Positions 8,101-13,417 of a stretch of DNA of 13,417 bases are shown in pieces. Numbering within the stretch: position 1 is the first letter of the stretch; each line of letters begins with the position of its first letter. Under the pieces are notes generated by a model that was not told the DNA's origin, did not search any database, and saw only the letters and a program-made list of their open reading frames with translations. This DNA comes from Nitrospinales bacterium. GTDB lineage: Bacteria; Nitrospinota; Nitrospinia; Nitrospinales; VA-1. A program made the position numbers and the translations under genes. The stretch covers positions 1 through 13,417 of the forward strand of contig CBDCWG010000004.1 in the NCBI GenBank assembly GCA_965223345.1. The letters are read 5' to 3'.

Positions 8101-8137
8101 TCCAACCTCTTGTGTGGTTAACAGTTTTAACCGGTTG

Positions 8138-8167
8138 AAAGTATCATTCGGAATTTGAAACTGTCAA
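8138..8167 (-). promoter_or_regulatory. Sigma70-type promoter P2 for the 35-aa gene
   Basis: Minus-strand TTGACA (8167-8162), an 18-nt spacer ending in TGa, then TACTTT (8143-8138). Predicted TSS near 8131, about 30 nt before the ATG at 8100. Confidence 0.55.
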
Positions 8168-8209
8168 GAATAAACTGGAATCGCTTATATTTTCGGAGGC
8201 GTTACTTTA

Positions 8210-8314
8210 ATGGACATTCAAAAGCTTAAGGAAAAAGCAGGCCCCTGGATTTACATCGCAACCGTCATCTTCTCATTGTGGTTTTTCTACTGGTTCGCGT
8301 CTGTGTGGCGTTGA
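8210..8314 (+). CDS. Small single-TM aromatic-rich protein (34 aa; not in the ORF track)
   Basis: MDIQKLKEKAGPWIYIATVIFSLWFFYWFASVWR*. GGAGG at 8195-8199. Basic N-terminus followed by a TM helix. Confidence 0.7.
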   Translation: MDIQKLKEKAGPWIYIATVIFSLWFFYWFASVWR

Positions 8315-8367
8315 TCGGCGGTGCCTGAACCCATTCAAGATAAACCCGACAGGAGAAAGCTAGGACC

Positions 8368-8547
8368 ATGAACGAAATTAGAGACGACCAGAAACCTTTT
8401 ATCACAGCAAAATCGATCATCTGGTTCATCATCGCGATGATCGCCTGCTCTTTCTACTACCTGCTGATCAACATCGGCCTGATGAAAGTACAGGGATTGG
8501 ATTTCTTCTATCTCTGGACCAGTGGCGGCGGCGGAGGCGGTCACTGA
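8368..8547 (+). CDS. Small membrane protein (59 aa) with a C-terminal Gly6-His tail (not in the ORF track)
   Basis: MNEIRDDQKPFITAKSIIWFIIAMIACSFYYLLINIGLMKVQGLDFFYLWTSGGGGGGH*. AGGAG and AGGA lie upstream, and a strong terminator follows. Confidence 0.8.
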   Translation: MNEIRDDQKPFITAKSIIWFIIAMIACSFYYLLINIGLMKVQGLDFFYLWTSGGGGGGH

Positions 8548-8571
8548 GCGGTTTTAAAATGCGATTCCAAG

Positions 8572-8606
8572 ATGACAGGCCCTTTCCGGGGCCTGTCATT
8601 TTTTTT
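8572..8606 (+). terminator. Rho-independent terminator
   Basis: ATGACAGGCCC (8572-8582) / GGGCCTGTCAT (8589-8599), an 11-bp stem followed by a T-run to 8606. Confidence 0.85.
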
Positions 8607-8650
8607 GGGTTCTCCACGCCCACAACCCGCACTTTGACAACACAACTCCC

Positions 8651-9304
8651 ATGCAAGGCAAACCCGGCCTGAGGATCTACCTGTTCCGCCACGGCGAGAC
8701 CGACAACGCCGGCAAGGTGTGCTTCAACGGCCACCACGATGTCGATCTCTCACCGGAGGGCCGCGCCCAGTTCGAGCGGCTGGCGGAGCGGTTTCGCGCG
8801 CTGCCCATCCATTCCGTCTATTCCAGCGATCTCAAGCGCACCCGCATCGGCGCGGAGCTGATCGCCAAACCCCACGGCCTCACACCGGCCGCGTACCCCG
8901 AACTCCGCGAGCTGTGCTTCGGCGCCTGGGAAGGCATGAGCGTCGAGGAAGTCAACGAAAAGTATCCCGGTCAACTGGCGGAACGGCTGAAAAACATCGC
9001 CGCGTTTTCCGTCGAAGGCGGAGAAAATTTCTTCCAGCTCAGTGAACGGGTGATCCCCAGATACGAAGACATCGTCGCCCGCCACAAAGACGGCCAGATC
9101 GTCATCGTCGCCCACGGCGGCGTCAACCGCGTCATCCTGGCGTACATCCTCGGCATTCCCGTCAAGAACCTGTTCCGCATCCAGCAGGAATACGGCACCC
9201 TCAACATCATCCAGTACTACGACGGCATACCTGTGGCCGAACTGATCGCGGGCAACGCCGGCGCCCTGCCCGCCCCCGCCGCCAGGAAAATCGCCATCCA
9301 GTGA
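8651..9304 (+). CDS. Histidine phosphatase family protein (CobC/PspA/GpmB-like)
   Basis: RHGET catalytic motif, SSDLKR, ELCFGAWEG, IVAHGGVNR. Confidence 0.92.
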   Translation: MQGKPGLRIYLFRHGETDNAGKVCFNGHHDVDLSPEGRAQFERLAERFRALPIHSVYSSDLKRTRIGAELIAKPHGLTPAAYPELRELCFGAWEGMSVEEVNEKYPGQLAERLKNIAAFSVEGGENFFQLSERVIPRYEDIVARHKDGQIVIVAHGGVNRVILAYILGIPVKNLFRIQQEYGTLNIIQYYDGIPVAELIAGNAGALPAPAARKIAIQ

Positions 9305-9311
9305 CCGGATC

Positions 9312-10109
9312 ATGGACGCACCGCTGGTTGAAATCCGCAGAGCCACCGTGCACGTCAACGGCCACCGCGCCCTGACCGGCATCGACTGGACCCAGCGCGA
9401 AAACGAAAACTGGGCGCTCGTGGGCAACAACGGTTCCGGCAAGACCACCTTCACCCGGCTCGTGTTCGGCGAACTATTGCCCGTCTACGGCGGCGGCGTG
9501 CGCTGGTTCGGCCGGCCCGCGCTGACCCCGCTCGAGGAAATCCGCGCTGAGATGGGCTACATCTCCGCCGAGTACCAGGAAAAACACGCCGACCACCTCA
9601 CCGGCTGGGAGGTGGTGGCCTCCGGATTGTTTTCCTCGGTCGGCCTCTACGAACCCGTCTCCCGCCAGCAGAAAGCCCGGGCGCTCGAATGGATGGATTT
9701 TCTCGGCATCGGCGCCCTGGCGCGAAATGTGTTTCGCCGCCTGTCCTACGGGGAGAAGCGGCGCGTCCTGCTGGCGCGGGCGCTCATCAACGAGCCGCGG
9801 CTCTTGATCCTCGATGAGCCGTGCAACGGGCTGGACATCCCGACGCGCGAGCTGTTCCTCGACACGCTGGAAAAGCTATCGGGCACGCGAACCCGCATCC
9901 TGTACGTCACCCACCACGTCGATGAGATCATGCCCTGCGTCACGCACCTGCTCTATCTCAAGCAGGGCGCCCTGTTCGCGCAGGGGGCAAAGGCCGCCCT
10001 GCTCACCGAAAAGACGCTCTCAGAAGCGCTGGACTGCCCCATCCGCCTGCAGAAAAACGCCGGCCGCTACTGGGTGACCGGGCGCGGCCTGCCGGAAAAA
10101 AAGCGCTGA
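9312..10109 (+). CDS. ABC transporter ATP-binding protein (ModF/YlmA-like), with no adjacent permease
   Basis: Walker A GNNGSGKT, signature LSYGE, Walker B LLILDEP, H-loop VTHH. Confidence 0.92.
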   Translation: MDAPLVEIRRATVHVNGHRALTGIDWTQRENENWALVGNNGSGKTTFTRLVFGELLPVYGGGVRWFGRPALTPLEEIRAEMGYISAEYQEKHADHLTGWEVVASGLFSSVGLYEPVSRQQKARALEWMDFLGIGALARNVFRRLSYGEKRRVLLARALINEPRLLILDEPCNGLDIPTRELFLDTLEKLSGTRTRILYVTHHVDEIMPCVTHLLYLKQGALFAQGAKAALLTEKTLSEALDCPIRLQKNAGRYWVTGRGLPEKKR

Positions 10110-10239
10110 TATCCGTGTTTTTTGCGTGCCAAGGCGCACCGTGGAAGTGCAAAATGGATGAATGACAAAGGCCGTGTGCCGATACGAGCCCGACAGACCT
10201 GCCCCGCCGGACCCATTCCCCCACCTGGGGAGGTGGGGC

Positions 10240-10269
10240 TTGTCAGAGTTTGGGCAAATGAGGTAAAAT
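10240..10269 (+). promoter_or_regulatory. Candidate sigma70 promoter for the TPR gene
   Basis: TTGTCA (10240-10245)-N18-TAAAAT (10264-10269). Confidence 0.5.
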
Positions 10270-10345
10270 CTGCCGTTTCCGGTCCTGAATTCGAACGGGT
10301 TGTCCGTAAAACCGGGAGGCGGCTGGCTGTCGGGAGGGCGTGTCC

Positions 10346-10927
10346 ATGAAGAGACGGTTGCGGTGCTTGCTGGCGGTATTTCTCTTGACCGGTTGGGTCC
10401 TCGCGGATTCCGCCCAGGCGCTGGACGCCCAGGGCTGGTTCGAGCGCGGCAACGAGCTCAGCGCCCAGAAGCGGTTCGAGGAAGCGGCGGCAGCGTACGA
10501 AAAGTCCATCGAGCAGAACCCCAAATCGCCGACCGCCCATTACAATCTGGGGATCGCGCACAAGAACCTCAAGGACTACGGCAAGGCCGCGGCGGCATTC
10601 GAAAAGACCCTGGAGCTGGAGCCGACCCATCTCGACGCGCGGCTGCGCCTCGGCAACGCCTACAACATGCTGGAGCGCTGGCAGGAGGCGATCGGCGAGC
10701 TCAACATCGTCGTGCACCGGCGGCAGAACGACGCCGAGGCGCACGGCAACCTGGGCTGGGCGTTGTACAACTACCGCGAAGGCCCCCGGTTCAAGCGGCT
10801 GGTGATCCTGAACCTGCAAAAAGCGGTGAACCTGTTCCGGCTTCAGAACATGCCGCAGGCGGCAGAGGCAACGCAGAACGTGCTGAACCAGGCCATCGCC
10901 GAGTTCGGCTACCAGGAAAGGTTATAA
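10346..10927 (+). CDS. Exported tetratricopeptide repeat protein
   Basis: GGAGG (10333-10337) lies 8 nt before the ATG at 10346. Signal peptide ending AQA. About four TPRs (WFERGNEL, AHYNLGIAH, ARLRLGNAY, AHGNLGWAL). Confidence 0.9.
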   Translation: MKRRLRCLLAVFLLTGWVLADSAQALDAQGWFERGNELSAQKRFEEAAAAYEKSIEQNPKSPTAHYNLGIAHKNLKDYGKAAAAFEKTLELEPTHLDARLRLGNAYNMLERWQEAIGELNIVVHRRQNDAEAHGNLGWALYNYREGPRFKRLVILNLQKAVNLFRLQNMPQAAEATQNVLNQAIAEFGYQERL

Positions 10928-11005
10928 TGAAAAGCGGCGGCGCGCAGTGCGGCAGCCTCTGATTCGATTGCAAGAGAAACCATCGACACCATCCCGAGAA
11001 GAAAC

Positions 11006-11287
11006 ATGACCGTAAAAATTCAAGTGGTCCCGACCCGCAACGAACACCTCGTCGGATTCAAGCTGGAAAATCCCCTGATCCCCCCGGGAACGGGTCTGTC
11101 CTTTGCCAACCCCGGCCTCGCTCAGGGGCACCCCATTGCCCGCGCCCTGTTCGAGATCCCCGGCGTCGTCGGCGTGTGGATCCTCGGCGACGAGATCCAG
11201 GTCACCAAAGACGCCGGCACGCGCTGGTCCCGCATCCAGTCCAAAGTCATCGAAACCATCCGCAGAACCCTGAACAACAGCGGCTGA
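11006..11287 (+). CDS. Stand-alone Nfu/NifU N-terminal domain protein
   Basis: Pattern PTRN...FKL...SF...A..HPIARALFEIPGVVGVWILGDEIQVTK....W..I...VIETI matches the scaffold Nfu_N domain. There is no CxxC domain. Confidence 0.8.
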   Translation: MTVKIQVVPTRNEHLVGFKLENPLIPPGTGLSFANPGLAQGHPIARALFEIPGVVGVWILGDEIQVTKDAGTRWSRIQSKVIETIRRTLNNSG

Positions 11288-11291
11288 TCCA

Positions 11292-11873
11292 TCACTTCCC
11301 ATACCGGTAATGGCCCGTGACGGGATAGGCGAACAGAACGTCCTCCTCTTTCGGCCCGCGGCCGATGTTGTGCAGGATCAACGGCCGCGCGGAACCGGGC
11401 GCTGTGTTGTCCGACACGATGCCGATGTGCGGCAGGTTGCCCGGCAGCATCCACGTCACCAGATCCCCCGCCTGGTAGTCGCCCGCCTCCCGGCTGACCG
11501 GAAGTGATGTCCCCTTGCGCTTAAAAAAAGTCTTAAGATTCGGCACGCGCCGGTGATCGATGTTGCTGTCGGGACGCGTGAGCCCCCAGTTTTTGGGATA
11601 GGCGGAAAAGTTCGCCTTCATGTCTTCATGAACGAGCTGCTGCAGGTCGATGCCCACCTTGCGGTAGGCGCGCACCACCACGTCCGTGCACACGCCGATG
11701 TGGTCCGGCACGTCCCCCATCGGATAGGCGATGGCGCGGTAGGAACCGTCGTAGGTCACCGCGTGCCGCGTGCGCTCCTTCGCCGCTTGAACCAGCCGCT
11801 CGGCGAACGATTCCGCGCACACATCCACGGGCAATGCGAGAATGGACAACAGAAAAATGAAAAGGGGTCGCAT
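11292..11873 (-). CDS. DUF1287 (YijF-like) exported protein
   Basis: YDGSY..IAYPMGDVP...GVCTDVVVRAYR..GIDLQQLVHEDM, DSNIDHRRVPNL, HIGIVSD, HNIG. The likely start is the ATG at 11873 preceding the signal peptide; the track's longer N-terminus overlaps the next gene. Confidence 0.9.
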   Translation of the reverse strand: MRPLFIFLLSILALPVDVCAESFAERLVQAAKERTRHAVTYDGSYRAIAYPMGDVPDHIGVCTDVVVRAYRKVGIDLQQLVHEDMKANFSAYPKNWGLTRPDSNIDHRRVPNLKTFFKRKGTSLPVSREAGDYQAGDLVTWMLPGNLPHIGIVSDNTAPGSARPLILHNIGRGPKEEDVLFAYPVTGHYRYGK

Positions 11874-11922
11874 GAAAATTGCGGCAGCCGTCAAATAAAA
11901 AAAGAAGTGCCGGGAAACCGGA

Positions 11923-12324
11923 TCAATCTTTCGCGGCCGCTTCGCTTGTGGATTCGGCGGTGGGCTGGGCGGAGCAGGCGTTCGCCGAATCCGCGCCGAG
12001 TTTCGCCGTGGTGGTGCCGTCCGGGCAGGCGGTGCACTGGGTTGCGCCCTTGGCGTCGCTGTAGGTGCCGATGGGACAAAGCAGGCAGGCCATCGAGTCT
12101 TCGGTTTTCTTGTAACTTCCCGCCTCGCAGACCGTCTTTTCTTCGTCTTCATCCGCAAGCCCCACCCCCCGGCGCAGTTTCTGCGTCTCCTTGGAAATCT
12201 TGTCGCCGAATTCCTGAAAGCTGAACGCGGACGCGGAGGGCACCGACACGCTGAACACGGCGGTGATCGTGAACAGGCAGGTGATCGTGAACAGGCAAAT
12301 AAAAAAACGGATCGAGCGGTTCAT
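11923..12324 (-). CDS. Secreted protein with a GCC2/GCC3 (ephrin-receptor-like) cysteine-rich repeat
   Basis: Signal peptide ending ASA, then CEAGSY...CLLCPIGTYS...GATQCTACPDGTTT...GADSANAC. Confidence 0.8.
   Translation of the reverse strand: MNRSIRFFICLFTITCLFTITAVFSVSVPSASAFSFQEFGDKISKETQKLRRGVGLADEDEEKTVCEAGSYKKTEDSMACLLCPIGTYSDAKGATQCTACPDGTTTAKLGADSANACSAQPTAESTSEAAAKD
12262..12297. repeat. Perfect 18-bp tandem duplication within the signal peptide
   Basis: GGTGATCGTGAACAGGCA x2 (12262-12279, 12280-12297), encoding CLFTIT-CLFTIT on the minus strand. Confidence 0.95.
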
Positions 12325-12440
12325 GGGCTACCCTGTATGATGTGGACGATCCCCCATCTAACCACGAAAACCCTTCCCGGTAAAGCGTTTCGCGGGCTTC
12401 CGGCCGGCCGCATCGCTTAGAAGAGTTGATAAACCGCGTG

Positions 12441-13229
12441 TTAAAGCCCTTGTGTTTGTGCTTTAAGCAGCGCCGCCATCTCCTCCCTGCCGAACTGCTT
12501 CGCCTTGTCCAGCGCGGTGTGGCCGCGGCTGTCCTTGAGGCTGGCATCGGCCCCCTTGTCCAACAGAAATCGCACCGCATCCCCATGCCCCAGGGCGGCG
12601 GCCGACATCAGCGCCGTGCTCTGCAATCCGCCGTGCTGATAATCGATGTCCGCGCGTTGTTCAAGCAGAAACCGCATCGCCGCCACCTGCCCTTCCATGC
12701 CCGCATTGAAAAACGCGGCGTTCAACAGCTCCGGCTTGGGATCGAGTCCCTTGTCCAGCAAAAGCCGAAGCAGGCCCGCATCGCCCATCGACGCCGTGTG
12801 GACGAAGAAACGCGCAGGTTCCTCGGGCAGCCCGTTGAGATGAATGAAGGGCCGCTGCCAGTATCCCTGCGGAATGGAAAACAGCGTGAGCAGCAAAAGC
12901 GAAACCGCAAAGTGCACCCAGTCCCGCTTTCTGGTTTTCCATTTTCGAAACAGGAAAACGGTCAGCACGACCACCGGCACCCAGACCAGCACATGCAGAA
13001 GCAGCACAGAGGACAGCGCGGCCTCGAACCCCACCCCCTGCAAAACCATTCCCGGCATCGGCGCGCCCGCCTGTCCCAGCAGAGAGATCGCCGCATAGGC
13101 AAACCCCGCCGTCAGCCACAGCGCGCCCACCCACGTGGCGTACAGAACGACACGGAACACCCCGTCCGCATATAAAAGGATAGTGCCGGGAAAATTTTTA
13201 TCTGCTGAAACGCGTGTGTCGGCTTTCAC
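12441..13229 (-). CDS. Membrane protein with C-terminal ankyrin repeats
   Basis: Three to four N-terminal TM helices, then ankyrin repeats (AGMEGQVAAMRFLLEQRADID, TALMSAAALGHGDAVRFLLDKGAD, TALDKA). The GTG start is uncertain. Confidence 0.85.
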   Translation of the reverse strand: MKADTRVSADKNFPGTILLYADGVFRVVLYATWVGALWLTAGFAYAAISLLGQAGAPMPGMVLQGVGFEAALSSVLLLHVLVWVPVVVLTVFLFRKWKTRKRDWVHFAVSLLLLTLFSIPQGYWQRPFIHLNGLPEEPARFFVHTASMGDAGLLRLLLDKGLDPKPELLNAAFFNAGMEGQVAAMRFLLEQRADIDYQHGGLQSTALMSAAALGHGDAVRFLLDKGADASLKDSRGHTALDKAKQFGREEMAALLKAQTQGL

Positions 13230-13252
13230 AGGTTCATGATGGAATGAAATCG

Positions 13253-13417
13253 TTATCGACGATATTTTTTGAACAGATCTTTCATCTCTTTCGACGCGTC
13301 ATCCCATTGCGCCCGCCGCCTCGGCGTACAGGAAAACTCGTTGTCCGCATCCGGGTCCGCGCCTCGTTCCAGCAACAGCTTCGCAACTTCAACATGCCCA
13401 TTCGTGACGGCGCAGTA
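13253..13417 (-). CDS. C-terminal part of an ankyrin repeat protein (start beyond the window)
   Basis: Manual translation ...YCAVTNGHVEVAKLLLERGADPDADNEFSCTPRRRAQWDDASKEMKDLFKKYRR*, a canonical ankyrin motif. Confidence 0.85.
   Translation of the reverse strand, partial: YCAVTNGHVEVAKLLLERGADPDADNEFSCTPRRRAQWDDASKEMKDLFKKYRR

Noticed and set aside
8155..8167. FNR/CRP-like site TTGA-N5-TCAA
   Set aside because: One base too short for TTGAT-N4-ATCAA; explained by the P2 -35 box.
8335..8737. Minus-strand ORFs 8335-8544 and 8468-8737
   Set aside because: Antisense to the 59-aa membrane peptide, its terminator and the phosphatase gene; no RBS or motifs.
10116..10132. Sigma54 -24 box TGGCACG on the minus strand
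   Set aside because: No TTGC -12 element at the required spacing.
10270..10290. SRP RNA-like motif (minus strand TCAGGACCGGAAACGGCAG)
   Set aside because: Lacks the conserved GGAAG.AGCAG symmetric-loop pattern; not called without an Rfam search.
11874..12158. N-terminal extension of the DUF1287 ORF in the track
   Set aside because: It overlaps the Cys-repeat gene in another frame; the signal peptide begins at the ATG at 11873.
12426..13175. 249-aa + strand ORF
   Set aside because: Antisense shadow of the ankyrin membrane protein.

Overview
GC-rich bacterial chromosomal window. The gene mix is compatible with a Nitrospina/Nitrospira-like lithotroph, but this is inference only. From left to right it contains: a 5'-truncated exported protein with two tandem DUF3365/Tll0287-like CxxCH haem domains; a low-GC orphan gene resembling an immunity protein, followed by a spacer of short repeats; a FadF/HdrD-like membrane Fe-S oxidoreductase; an exported CsgG/GNA1162-like protein; a membrane-anchored HmuY-family protein; a soluble hypothetical protein; a DUF420 (CtaM/YozB-like) membrane protein; a histidine phosphatase; an orphan ABC ATPase; a TPR protein; a stand-alone Nfu/NifU N-terminal domain; DUF1287; a secreted protein with a eukaryote-like GCC2/GCC3 Cys repeat; and two ankyrin proteins. 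The most interesting part is missing from the ORF track. Four small membrane proteins (59, 35, 34 and 59 aa) surround the DUF420 gene, and the 35-aa gene is bracketed by two convergent TTGACA-N18/extended -10 promoters, suggesting an antisense (excludon-like or type I TA-like) switch. No rRNA, tRNA, CRISPR array or transposase was seen.
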